Below are positions 44,566 through 54,724 of a DNA stretch of 64,000 nucleotides, piece by piece. The DNA lies in the NCBI GenBank assembly GCA_963803975.1, contig CAWDOY010000014.1, positions 64,001 to 128,000 of the forward strand. The letters are read 5' to 3'. A model generated the notes under the pieces. That model saw only the letters and a program-made list of their open reading frames with translations. It did no database searches and was not told the origin of the DNA. Source of the DNA: an uncultured delta proteobacterium. Lineage in GTDB: Bacteria; Desulfobacterota; WTBG01; CAIYCZ01. Position numbers and translations under genes: made by a program. Position 1 is the first letter of the stretch. Each line of letters begins with the position of its first letter.

Positions 44566-44653
44566 TGTCATTGCGAGTCCACCTTGAGTGGACGAAGCAA
44601 TCTCCTGTTATGATAAAGCCATTCACATTTTAGTGTGAGTTTATGGAATGACA
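44566..44653. repeat. REP/REPIN-like remnant at the left island edge
   Basis: TGTCATTGCGAG..CGAAGCAATCTC and distal GGAATGACA; internal GTCCAC-N5-GTGGAC hairpin. Confidence 0.5.
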
Positions 44654-44820
44654 AGGTCATTGTCAACTGGTTTGACAGGCTCCCACAAGCGAAATCCCCG
44701 TATTAAGCTAAAAATCTTGACAGCTTAGCCATTTACTTTATATTGAGAGAACAATATAAAGAAGAAGCATAAAAAACAATGTTATGACGCTCAACCAGCG
44801 CCAGGGAGATAGGAATCCAA

Positions 44821-47363
44821 GTGTCCGACAAGGAAGCCACAGCCCGTATCAAGATCAATAAGCTGCTCGAAGCGGCAGGCTGGCGTTTCTTTCCGCAGAG
44901 GAAGCGCGCCCGCCAACATCCGCCTTGAGCCCAGCGTGACGATCAAGTCATCCGATCTGGAAGCACTTGGCGAGAACTTCGAAAAGACGAGCAAGGGCTT
45001 CATCGACTTCCTGCTTTTAGACACCAAAGGCTTCCCGCTCATCGTCCTTGAGGCCAAGTCCGAGGACAAGAACCCGCTCGTGGGCAAGGAGCAGGCCCGC
45101 AAATACGCCAAGTCCCAGAACTGCCGCTTCGTCATCCTCTCCAACGGCAACCTGCACTACTTCTGGGATCTGGAGCGCGGCAACCCCTACCTCATTACGT
45201 CCTTCCCTACGCCGGACTCGGTGATCGGCTACCAGCAGGTCACGCCCAACCCGCAACGCCTCGTCGAGGACCAGGTCAACGACGACTACATCGTGCTGAC
45301 CCAGCGCCCGAACTACCAATCCGAAGCAGCGTGGAAGAGCGAGGCCGAGCGTCCCGGCTACATCCAGGCCAATAAACTGCGTTTCTTGCGGCCCTATCAG
45401 TTGAAGGCCATTCACGCCCTGCAACGGGCCGTGAAGGACGGCAAAGACCGCTTCCTGTTCGAGATGGCCACCGGCACCGGCAAGACTCTCACTGCCGCCG
45501 CCGTCATCAAGCTCTTCCTCCGTTCCGGCAATGCCCGGCGCGTGCTGTTTCTGGTGGATCGCCTCGAACTGGAGGATCAGGCCAGGAAGGCCTTCAAGGC
45601 GCTGCTGTCTGCGGACTTTCAGACGGTGATCTACAAGGAGAACCGTGACGACTGGCGGCGGGCGGAAATCGTTGTCACCACGGTGCAGTCGCTGCTCTTC
45701 AACAACAAGTACCAGCGGCTCTTCTCGCCGACTGATTTCGACCTGGTAATTTCCGACGAAGCCCACCGCTCCATCGGCGGCAACGCCCGCGCCGTCTTCG
45801 ACTACTTCATCGGCTACAAGCTCGGCCTCACCGCCACGCCCCGCGACTATCTCAGGCGGTTTGACAACACCAACCCTTCTACCCGCGACCCGCGCGAAGC
45901 CGAGCGCCGACTGCTGCTGGATACCTACCGCACCTTCGGCTGCGAGAACAGCCAGCCCACCTACCGCTATTCGCTGCTCGACGGCGTGAAGGAAGGCTTT
46001 CTGATCAACCCCACCGTGGTGGATGCCCGCACCGAGATCACCACCGAACTGCTTTCCGAAGAGGGCTTCGTCGTCTCGTTCACCGACGATACCGGCGAGG
46101 ATCAGCAGGAGGCCTTCAAGCAGCGGGAGTTCGAGAAGCGATTCTTTGCCAAGGCCACCAATGAGCTCTTCTGCAAGACCTTTCTGGAAAACGCCCTGCG
46201 CGATCCGGTCAGCGGGGAGATCGGCAAGTCCATCATCTTCGCGGTCAGCCAGAACCACGCCGCCAAGCTGGCGCAGATCCTCAACCAGATGGCCGACCGC
46301 ATGTTCCCCGGCAAGTACCAGTCCGACTTCGCCGTGCAGGTCACATCAACGATTCCCGACGCCCAGCAGTTCACCATCAACTTCACCAACAACAACCTGC
46401 TCGGTTCGGCCAACTTCCTGCCCGCTTACAAGACCAGCAAGGCGCGTGTCTGCGTTACGGTTGGCATGATGACCACAGGCTACGATTGCACCGACATTCT
46501 CAATCTCGGCATGTTCCGCCCGATTTTCTCGCCGACCGACTTCATCCAGATCAAGGGGCGCGGCACCCGCAAGCACAATTTCCTCGAACAGCTTTTCGAC
46601 GACAGCATCAAGGAAGGCGTGACGCAGCCGCAGAAGTCCGCATTCAAGCTCTTCGACTTCTTCGCCAACTGCGAGTACTTCGAGGAGGAGTTCAACTACG
46701 ACGAGGTGCTGAAGCTCCCCCGGCCTTCAAGCAAGGGTGCTGGCACAGGCGGAGGCATAGGCCCGGTGGTATTTGGCGGCACCTACGAGCACCTCGGCGC
46801 GGATATCCTCTCCTCGATCAAGGTGGCAGAGATCGGTAGCGAAGGCATGAAGATTGACCGCATGTTCTTCGAGAAATTCGAGGACACCGTGCGCGAGAAC
46901 GAGACGATCGCCGCCGCCGTCGAGTCAGGACAATGGGATCGCGTCATCGACTACGTGAACCGCGAGGTCTTCGACAAACCCGAGGAGTACTACACCCTCG
47001 ACAAGCTGCGCAAAGCCGCTGCCGTGGATCGCCGCCTGACCCTGCGGGAAATCCTGGAGAAGATCTTCGGCCTCATCCCGCGCTTCAAGTCCAAGGACGA
47101 ACTGCTGGAAGAGGAGTTCGCCAAGTTCGTCGCCGACGCCAAGCCCGACGAGGCTGGGGCCATCCCGGCTATCAAGAACTATTTCAAGGCGTACCTCACC
47201 AGCGATCAGGTGCGCCACATCATCGAGAGCCGCCACTTCACCGACCTGGCCACCAACCCGGTCTTTTCCACCCGCGACTTTCAGCGCCGTGCCGCAGAAG
47301 TACCGGACGCTGATCCCTGAATACGTCAAGGACTACGTCTCCTTGAACCAGTTCGCCGCATGA
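44821..47363 (+). CDS. hsdR: Type I restriction subunit R (frameshifts near 44900 and 47285)
   Basis: IDFLL..LEAK nuclease motif, LRPYQ, MATGTGKT, DEAH, TAT, TGYD, QIKGRGTR. Confidence 0.92.
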
Positions 47364-47376
47364 GAGAACGAATGGT

Positions 47377-48030
47377 ATGACCGCCAACGAACCGTTGATC
47401 ACCGAAGCATGGTGGCTACCGAAAGCTCAAGAGCTTTCAGGTGGCGCAGCTGATGTATGATGTGACGGTCCGTTTTTGCGACCGCTACATCGACAAGCGC
47501 AGCCGTACCCACGACCAGATGGTGCAGGCGGCGCGGTCGGGTGTGCAGAACATCGCCGAAGGGAGTCAGGCCTCGGGAACCTCGAAAAAGACCGAACTCA
47601 AACTCACCAACGTGGCGCGGGCCAGCCTGGAAGAGCTGCGGCTCGACTACGAGGATTTCCTGCGCCAGCGCGGCCTGCCGATCTGGGAGCGTGACGATCC
47701 TCGCCGGCAAGAATCTGATTGACCGCCGGTGCGCCACTGCCGATGAAGTGGCGCGTGGGTGCGGGAAGAGCATGATCGTGGACGGGGTGGACAAAGTGGA
47801 CCCAGTGGACAGAAAAGTCATCGTCCACAGTCCACCAGTCCACCTTCCCCGAGCTTGCCGCCAACGCCGCACTGGTGCTGCTGGCGGTCGCCTGCAGCCT
47901 GCTCGACCGCCAGCTCGCCGCCCAGGCAAAAGCGTTTGAAACCGAGGGCGGCTTCACCGAACGCCTCTACCGCGTTCGTTCGAAAAGCGCGTTCGCCCCG
48001 TCCACTTCGTCCACCAAGTCCACTAGCACT
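47377..48030 (+). CDS. Four-helix-bundle protein with suffix domain (Avd/IVP-like); frameshifted, 3' end uncertain
   Basis: KHGGYRKLKSFQ, DQMVQAARSGVQNIAEG, ARASLEELRLDYEDFL, GGFTERLY. Confidence 0.85.
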
Positions 48031-48040
48031 GAGGTTTCTC

Positions 48041-50625
48041 ATGCTCGACACCGACACCAAACGCCGCATCGACACCGCCCGCGACATCCTCGTGGGCAAG
48101 GTGCCCGACCCCAAGAGCCAGGTCGAGCAGATCACCATCGCCCTGATCTACAAGTTCATGGACGACATGGACGCCGAGAGCGAGGAGTTCGGCGGCAAGC
48201 GCAAGTTCTTCGCCAAGGAGTTCGCCCGCTACGGCTGGGCCAAACTCATGCGCTCCGGCCTGGGCGGCCACGAGACCCTGAACCTCTACGCCGAGGCCAT
48301 TACCAAGATGCCGGAGAACCCCGGCATTCCGCCGCTCTTCCGCGACATCTTCAAGAACGCCTATCTGCCCTACCGCGACCCCGAAACGCTCAAGATGTTC
48401 CTCAAGGTCATTGACGAGTTCACCTACGACCACAGCGAACGCCTCGGCGACGCCTTCGAGTATCTGCTCTCCGTGCTCGGCTCCCAGGGCGACGCCGGGC
48501 AGTTCCGCACCCCGCGCCACATCATTGATTTCATGGTCGAGATCATCGACCCGAAGAAGACCGAGACCGTGCTCGATCCGGCCTGCGGCACCGCCGGATT
48601 CCTGATCTCGTCCTACAAGCACATCCTGCGAGCCAACAGCTTCAAGACATGACGTCCACATGGTAGCCAGTCCAATCCACCCTGTCCACCTGCAAACCCT
48701 TACCCCCGACGAGCGCGGCGAGGCTCGCTGCACAACTTCAAGGGCTACGACATCTCGCCCGACATGGTGCGCCTCTCGCTTGGTGAACCTGTATCTGCAC
48801 GGCTTCGCCGACCCGCATATCTACGAATACGATACCCTTGCCAGCCAGGACCGCTGGAACGATTACGCCGATGTCATCCTTGCCAATCCGCCCTTCATGT
48901 CGCCGAAGGGGGGTATCATGCCCCACAAACGCTTCTCGGTGCAGTCCAAGCGCAGCGAAGTGCTCTTTGTGGACTATATGGCCGAGCACCTCACACCCAA
49001 CGGCCGCGCCGGCATCATCGTGCCCGAAGGCATCATCTTCCAGAGCCAGACCGCCTACAAACAACTGCGCAAGATGCTGGTGGAGGAGTACCTCGTCGCC
49101 GTCGTCTCGCTGCCGGCGGGTGTGTTCAATCCCTATTCCGGCGTCAAGACCTCGATCCTGATCCTCGACAAGTCGCTGGCGAAGAAGACCAACACCATCG
49201 CCTTCTTCAAGGTCGAGAACGACGGCTTCGGCCTCGGCGCCCAGCGGCGCGAGATTGACAAGAACGACCTGCCCGCCGCTTTAGCCGGCAATTAAGAAGT
49301 ACTGAATTAGGACATTATGAATGGCGAGGATGTCCTGGCTCCTGACTTCACAATTCATCCTTCGGCCTGCATCATTGTGCCAAAGGAGAAGATCGCCGCG
49401 AACGGCGACTACAACCTGAGCGGGGAGCGGTATCGGGAGGGGGCGATGCAGCCATCTCGTTTCCGCTGTGTCTCCTTGGCGACATCGCAGACTATTCCGA
49501 GTCGAAAGCGGTGGAACTCCGAAGTCCGACGTAGAAGAGTACTGGAACGGCGGCATTCCCATGGGCGACGCTGGTCGATCTTCCGCAACAGATTTCATCA
49601 CTGAAATCACGTCGACGCAAGCGAACGTATCTCCGAGCGAGGTCTGCGCGAATCTTCAGCGAAGATGATCCCAGCGAACTCGGTCGATCGTCTCGACACG
49701 TGCAACTATTGGACGCATTGCCATCAATCGCGTTCCGATTGCTACGAATCAAGGATTCAAGAACGTCGTGATCGAAGACGTCGACACGGGCACTTCCTGA
49801 GTATGTCGCGCTTGCTACTGCACAGAGCTTGTGCCGACGATGGATGCATGGGCGACTGGCGGGCACATTCAACGAGATTTCAAAGTCGAAGTTCTGCGAA
49901 CTCCAAATCCCCCTGCCGCCGCTGGAGGTGCAGAAGGAGATCGTGGCGGAGATCGAGGGCTACCAGAAAGTCATCGACGGCGCCCGCGCCGTCCTCGACA
50001 ACTACCGCCCCCACATCCCCATCCACCCCGACTGGCCGATGGTGGAGTTGGCGAAGATCTGCACGAATCACTCAAGGCAAGCTCACGCCGCTCGAAGGCG
50101 ATCCGATTACGTGGAAGGCTACGATCCGTTCTATGGGTGAGACATTCGTCGATTACAGACGTCAATGGATCAGCCTTGAATCTGACGTCATCGCAAGAAG
50201 GTCGAACGAGTATGCCGACTGGCTCGGCAAAAGCGAGCATTGCTAATCATTGCTCGTCAGTGGTGCATCGGCAGGCTATCTGCGATTGTGGCAATCGACG
50301 CGCGCATTCAACGGTTTACTGACGGCATTCAGACTATAATGAGATCGATCAATCTGACGATTCTTGATTCCTACTTCTTCAAATGCTCGATTCGACGAAT
50401 TGATCGGAGAATAAGTCGAGTGCGAGCAGCCATGCAAGCTACTCAGCAATCGATCATGAAGGAAGTCTCGAAATCCCCCTTCCACCCCTCGCCACCCAGC
50501 AAGCCATCGTCGCCGAGATCGAAGCCGAGCAGGCGCTGGTCGCCGCCAACCGCGAACTGATCGCCCGCTTCGAGAAGAAGATCCAGGCCACCCTCGCCCG
50601 CGTCTGGGGGGAGGATGAAGGATGA
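48041..50625 (+). CDS. N6-adenine methyltransferase fused to two-TRD specificity module (HsdM-HsdS); multiple frameshifts
   Basis: GQFRTPRH, DPACGTAGF, NPPF; HsdS repeats IPLPPLEVQKEIV and IPLPPLATQQAIV. Confidence 0.85.
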
Positions 50626-50691
50626 GGGATGAATTATGAATGATGAATAAAGAATAAAAAAGGAAGAAGGATGAATTGTGAATGATGAAAG
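50615..50691 (+). repeat. Heptamer array, 11 x ATGAAnn-like in exact 7-bp register
   Basis: ATGAAGG ATGAGGG ATGAATT ATGAATG ATGAATA AAGAATA AAAAAGG AAGAAGG ATGAATT GTGAATG ATGAAAG. Confidence 0.85.
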
Positions 50692-51055
50692 GAAGAACCA
50701 GGAGCCGAAGGATTTGCAGATTCGGACGAAGGAATTTGCGTTACGGGTGATTCGGATGTATTCCGCATTACCAAAGTCAACCGAAGCGCAGGTGTTGGGC
50801 AAACAGGTCCTACGTTCCGGCACATCCGTTGGCGCCAATTACCGCGAGGCCAATCGGGCGCGTTCAAAACCGGAGTTCATCGCCAAGATCGGGGACTGCC
50901 TCAAGGAACTCGACGAAACCGCCTATTGGTTTGAGCTGCTGGCCGAGTCGTCGATTGTACCCAATGCGAGACTTGCCGATCTGCGTGATGAATGCGATCA
51001 ACTCTTGGCAATCTTCACCACCATCTCAAAGAAGACGAAGGCCAATGCTTCATAA
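50678..51055 (+). CDS. Four-helix-bundle protein (Avd/IVP-like)
   Basis: RTKEFALRVI, QVLRSGTSVGANYREA, KELDETAYWFELL. Confidence 0.9.
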   Translation: MNDERKNQEPKDLQIRTKEFALRVIRMYSALPKSTEAQVLGKQVLRSGTSVGANYREANRARSKPEFIAKIGDCLKELDETAYWFELLAESSIVPNARLADLRDECDQLLAIFTTISKKTKANAS

Positions 51056-51076
51056 TTCAACCTTCATCATTCATGC
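51049..51076 (-). repeat. Inverted heptamer array closing the four-helix-bundle gene
   Basis: TTCATAA TTCAACC TTCATCA TTCATGC. Confidence 0.75.
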
Positions 51077-51110
51077 TTTCCCCCTGGAGGCGTGAGCCCG
51101 CAACCATTAA

Positions 51111-51608
51111 TTGGAAAAAGATAAAATGACACTGCTTGAACCAGCACGTGCAAATGCTTTCCTTGCCCAATACAAACGTCTCCTGTGCACCATTGCAGCC
51201 AAACCGCTGAAGATCATAAATGACTACAGCGAGGTTCGCAAAGTGCTTTATAAGGATGGCTTCAACAAATCCTTTGTCTTTGACTCGTCATACGAGGAAT
51301 CGTTTGTCAATGCCGTAAGAAACGCGACATACGGCATGTTTGTCTATGCCAAGAAATACAGGAGTGGCTATGCACTCAAGGTCTCGGACGACACCTGGTT
51401 TTGCGTTAAGGCGCTGACAACTCCTCTGGAAGAGTTGATCCCGGAGTGGTGCGTCATTGACACGGCGGTGCTACCCTATTGCGGGCTTATCATTTGTGAC
51501 GGGCTCATTGTGGACCGGCACGTATCCATTGGCCCGAACATGATCGCATCCATGACGCAGGAGCTGAAAACAGAAAGAAAAAAGTGGTCAGCCACGAAGG
51601 CAATTTAG
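51111..51608 (+). CDS. Hypothetical protein
   Basis: 165-aa ORF; TAVLPY.G.IICDGL segment; no family recognised. Confidence 0.55.
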   Translation: MEKDKMTLLEPARANAFLAQYKRLLCTIAAKPLKIINDYSEVRKVLYKDGFNKSFVFDSSYEESFVNAVRNATYGMFVYAKKYRSGYALKVSDDTWFCVKALTTPLEELIPEWCVIDTAVLPYCGLIICDGLIVDRHVSIGPNMIASMTQELKTERKKWSATKAI

Positions 51609-51680
51609 GAGAGGCTTGGAGGGTCGGTCACTCGCCATGTCAAAGGTAGACCCCATAACATACTGGGGGGCGAAGAAGTT

Positions 51681-52067
51681 GTGTGGGGAATAAACTATCG
51701 TAGTCTGCCTAAGCGCCCATCTTTATCGCTCACCGAAGAAAGACGCCTCATAGCTAAAGCGAAGAGAGGATATAAAGCAGAAACCGAAGAGCTCGTCCTG
51801 CGCTATGTTGGCTTTATAATCTTTCGCATCCACAAGAAGGCCTTTCCATCCTATGCAGCCCGCTTTGGTGAAGAGATTCTTGCCCAAGCGGTGTTTATTT
51901 TGTACGACAAAATTAAGACCTATAACCTTCGCTACAGGGATAAGAATGGCGATTTAAAGCCGGTCAGGTTTTCCTCATATATCTGGAAGAGGATCGATGG
52001 GTTCATTCTGGATTCTTTGAAAGAAGAACTGGCAAGGGAAAGGCGTCAAGTAAGCCTTGACTGGTGA
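51681..52067 (+). CDS. Sigma70 region-2-like protein without region 4
   Basis: LSLTEERRLIAKAKRG...EELV and RFSSYIWKRIDGFILDSL. Confidence 0.5.
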   Translation: MWGINYRSLPKRPSLSLTEERRLIAKAKRGYKAETEELVLRYVGFIIFRIHKKAFPSYAARFGEEILAQAVFILYDKIKTYNLRYRDKNGDLKPVRFSSYIWKRIDGFILDSLKEELARERRQVSLDW

Positions 52068-52109
52068 AGTTATGAGCATCCACCGGACCCAACAATATAT
52101 AAATAATAC

Positions 52110-52138
52110 TTGACCGCTTCACCCAGGATGGCTATACT
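52110..52138 (+). promoter_or_regulatory. mazEF promoter
   Basis: TTGACC-17-TATACT, GGAGG RBS downstream. Confidence 0.6.
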
Positions 52139-52164
52139 TTGGATATACATTAGGAGGTGGTCAC

Positions 52165-52413
52165 ATGCTTGCAAAAATTCAAAAATGGGGAAATAGCCAG
52201 GGACTTCGTCTTGCGAAGAATCTGCTCGCAGATTCACACCTCGGTGTCGGGGATGAAGTGGATATTAGCGTAAAAGACGGCACGATCATCGTTGCCCCGG
52301 CAAAAAGGATGCGCGGGCGGCATAATCTTAAGGATCTTGTGGCGGGTATTCCTAAAAACCACCAAACAGGCGAATTTGAATGGGGGGAACCTGTCGGCAA
52401 GGAGGTTTGGTAG
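52165..52413 (+). CDS. mazE: AbrB/MazE antitoxin
   Basis: KIQKWGNSQGLRL, WGEPVGKEVW. Confidence 0.92.
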   Translation: MLAKIQKWGNSQGLRLAKNLLADSHLGVGDEVDISVKDGTIIVAPAKRMRGRHNLKDLVAGIPKNHQTGEFEWGEPVGKEVW

Positions 52414-52749
52414 ATGGCCGCATATATTCCCGGGCAAGGGGATATCATCGCAATCACCTTTGATCCACAGTCTGGTCATGAACAGAAAGGACGGCGCCCT
52501 GCTTTTGTTGTCAGCAAGGACCTGTTCAACAGAAGCACCGGTTTGGCTATGGTGTGCCCAATTACAAAAACAGATCGGGGGTTTCCCTTTCACGTACCTA
52601 TCCCGGAAGGCAGTAAACTGACGGGCTTCATTATGGTAGAGCAAGTTAAATCGGTCGATTTCCGTGCTCGTCAGGCTAAGCGCATTGAACACGGCAACGA
52701 TGAGTTGCTATCAGAGGTGCTCGCCATATTAGACGCCTGTATCTACTAA
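52414..52749 (+). CDS. mazF: MazF/PemK toxin
   Basis: FDPQSGHEQKGRRPA, CPIT, EQVKSVD. Confidence 0.93.
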   Translation: MAAYIPGQGDIIAITFDPQSGHEQKGRRPAFVVSKDLFNRSTGLAMVCPITKTDRGFPFHVPIPEGSKLTGFIMVEQVKSVDFRARQAKRIEHGNDELLSEVLAILDACIY

Positions 52750-52836
52750 CCAGCCAACCTGTCGCTTCATGGGAAATCCGGAAACACCTTACTGGTTTTA
52801 ATTGACAAGGCTGTTCTGTTGTATAAACAAAACACC

Positions 52837-52941
52837 TTCAACCCTCTCCCCCGCCAGATCATAGGTAAGCCCGCTGGTAATTTTCACCTTCACAAATGAC
52901 CCGGCCGCAGCGCACCCCTTTTTAATATACAGAACCCCGTT
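52837..52941 (-). repeat. Displaced copy 1 of the rimO 3' end
   Basis: Encodes NGVLYIKKGCAAAGSFVKVKITSGLTYDLAGERVE; 37-bp core identical to rimO 54765-54801. Confidence 0.92.
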
Positions 52942-52981
52942 AAGATCAGAGACCTGGAATCATCCAAAGAAATAACTTCTC

Positions 52982-53010
52982 TTGACGCCCGTGCGTCATT
53001 GGCGTATAGT
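52982..53010 (+). promoter_or_regulatory. Promoter/operator of the toxin-first TA pair
   Basis: TTGACG-17-TATAGT with palindrome TGCGTCATTGGCGTA; ATG 7 nt after -10 (leaderless). Confidence 0.6.
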
Positions 53011-53016
53011 TTAAAT

Positions 53017-53331
53017 ATGTTGTTTATTGAAACCCCCGTATTCACTAAAGAAATCCAGAGGCTGATTACAGATGATGAATACAAGAAGCTGCAACAGGAT
53101 CTAATGCTGCGGCCCGCAGCCGGGAGAATTATAAAAGGAAGCAGGGGTTTGCGAAAAATTCGCTGGCAGCTTCCTGGAGAAGGCAAAAGAGGCGGATTGC
53201 GCGTAATTTATTATTGGGATCCCCCAGAGATTATATATATGCTGTTTCCATATAAAAAAACCGAGCAGGAGGATTTGACACCTGCTCAAGTGAAGATACT
53301 AAAAAAAATGGTCAAGGAGTGTTTGTCATGA
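53017..53331 (+). CDS. RelE/HigB-family toxin
   Basis: MLFIETPVF, GLRKIRW, GKRGGLRVIYY, YKKTEQEDL. Confidence 0.9.
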   Translation: MLFIETPVFTKEIQRLITDDEYKKLQQDLMLRPAAGRIIKGSRGLRKIRWQLPGEGKRGGLRVIYYWDPPEIIYMLFPYKKTEQEDLTPAQVKILKKMVKECLS

Positions 53332-53618
53332 AAGAGAAGGCGTTTACAAAACTGTTAGCAAGTATTAAAGAGGCCGGGCAGATTAGGGCGGGCCGTAAAC
53401 AGCCAGGCAGAATTTTTAGAATAGACCCTCCGAGCATTAAAGCTGTGCGAAGGAAGCTGCATCTTTCACAAAGTGAATTTGCTCTTATGATTGGTGTCAG
53501 CACCAGCACCTTGCAGAACTGGGAACAGGGCCGGCGAGAGCCGGATGGTCCGGCGAAGGCTTTATTAAAAGTTGCCTCTCAAAACCCCGAAGCTGTTATG
53601 GAAGCACTGCATTCCTAA
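53328..53618 (+). CDS. HigA/NadS-like XRE HTH antitoxin
   Basis: LSQSEFALMIGVSTSTLQNWEQGRREP. Confidence 0.9.
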   Translation: MKEKAFTKLLASIKEAGQIRAGRKQPGRIFRIDPPSIKAVRRKLHLSQSEFALMIGVSTSTLQNWEQGRREPDGPAKALLKVASQNPEAVMEALHS

Positions 53619-53625
53619 TAAAACA

Positions 53626-53671
53626 TACGCAGGTCAGGAAAAGAAGAGGTAGCGTTATATGAAGGCGAGTG
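53626..53671 (+). pseudogene. 3' remnant of a BrnT-like toxin
   Basis: RRSGKEEVALYEGE* overlapping the start of the next antitoxin. Confidence 0.55.
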
Positions 53672-53883
53672 AATTTGACAAAAAGTTCAATGAGGGCCGG
53701 GATATTTCCAAACACCTGGACATTGCAAAAGCGAAACGGCAAGGACGTGAACAAAAAAGAGTCAATGTGGATTTTCCTCTGTGGATGATTCAGTTATTGG
53801 ATAAAGAAGCAAGGCGTTTGGGTGTTCCGCGACAGTCCATCATAAAGGTGTGGGTAGCCGAGCGTCTTGAAAAAGCCTCTTAA
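53659..53883 (+). CDS. BrnA/CopG-like antitoxin (orphan)
   Basis: MKASEFDKKF, KRVNVDFPLWM, LGVPRQSIIKVW. Confidence 0.85.
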   Translation: MKASEFDKKFNEGRDISKHLDIAKAKRQGREQKRVNVDFPLWMIQLLDKEARRLGVPRQSIIKVWVAERLEKAS

Positions 53884-53903
53884 TTTTAAAACAAAACTTC
53901 TCT

Positions 53904-53977
53904 TCAGATAATCTCTCCCGCCAGGTCATAGGTAAGTCCACTGGTAATTTTCACCTTCACAAATGACCCGGCCGCAG
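53904..53977 (-). repeat. Displaced copy 2 of the rimO 3' end
   Basis: Encodes AAGSFVKVKITSGLTYDLAGEII*; same 37-bp core at 53941-53977. Confidence 0.92.
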
Positions 53978-54072
53978 AGCTTCATATAGCTGAAAAGCCT
54001 TGCTTCACAAGCAAGATGACAATATAATAGAAAAAAACGAATTCAAACTTCAGGAGCACCTCGCATAGAGAT

Positions 54073-54270
54073 ATGCCCCGTCTGGATAAAACGCAACTTA
54101 CTATATCTTCCCTTGATGAATTTACGGAAGAGAAACAATATTGGCTATCCCGGGAGCAAGGCTGACCGCTTGAATGCAATCGAGATTAACCGCAGGATGA
54201 TTTATGGCACAGATCGAACTGCAGCCAGACTTCAAAGAATTCTTGAAACTGCTGAACTCTCATTGCGTTG
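54073..54270 (+). CDS. Small partner of the nucleotidyltransferase (frameshifted)
   Basis: MPRLDKT..KQYWLSR / DRLNAIEINRRMIYG..RLQRILE. Confidence 0.5.
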
Positions 54271-54663
54271 AAGTATCTTGTCGTTGGCGGATATGCTGTG
54301 GGGTATTATGGCTATCCGCGGGCCACTGGCGACATGGATATTTGGATCGCAGTAAGTGAAGTAAATGCCGAAAAGACCGCGCAGGCTACTTGCGTGAGTT
54401 TGGCATGCCGGAGAAAGCAGGCGAACTTAAAGATTTATTCACTCGAAACAGGACAAGATAATTCGAATGGGTGTTCCCCCTGTCCGGATCGAAGTAATAA
54501 CCAGGAGCCTCTGGTGTAAACTTTGAAGAATGCTATTCGCGACGAGAGGTAATAGACATAGACGACATACCGGTGAATTTCATTTCGCTCGAGGATCTAA
54601 GAGCCAACAAGCAGACCTGCGGCAGGTATAAGGATCTGGAGGATTTAAAACATCTCGCCATAA
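54204..54663 (+). CDS. Nucleotidyltransferase-like protein (several frameshifts)
   Basis: DFKEFLKLLN, YLVVGGYAV..G.PRATGDMD, MGVPPVRIE, ISLEDL..NK..GRYKDLEDL. Confidence 0.75.
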
Positions 54664-54724
54664 CAATCGAGTCAACCCGGGCCGGCAATTCCGCTGCAAA
54701 AAAAGATTTACTTTTAAGCTATTC

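Noticed and set aside
45017..48733. Long antisense ORFs (413 aa, 236 aa) opposite hsdR/hsdM
   Set aside because: Shadow frames expected from strong C/G third-position bias; no motifs.
50615..51076. 23S rRNA intervening sequence
   Set aside because: No rRNA sequence flanks the four-helix-bundle gene.
52068..54724. Complete integron
   Set aside because: No intI and only left-arm attC-like fragments.
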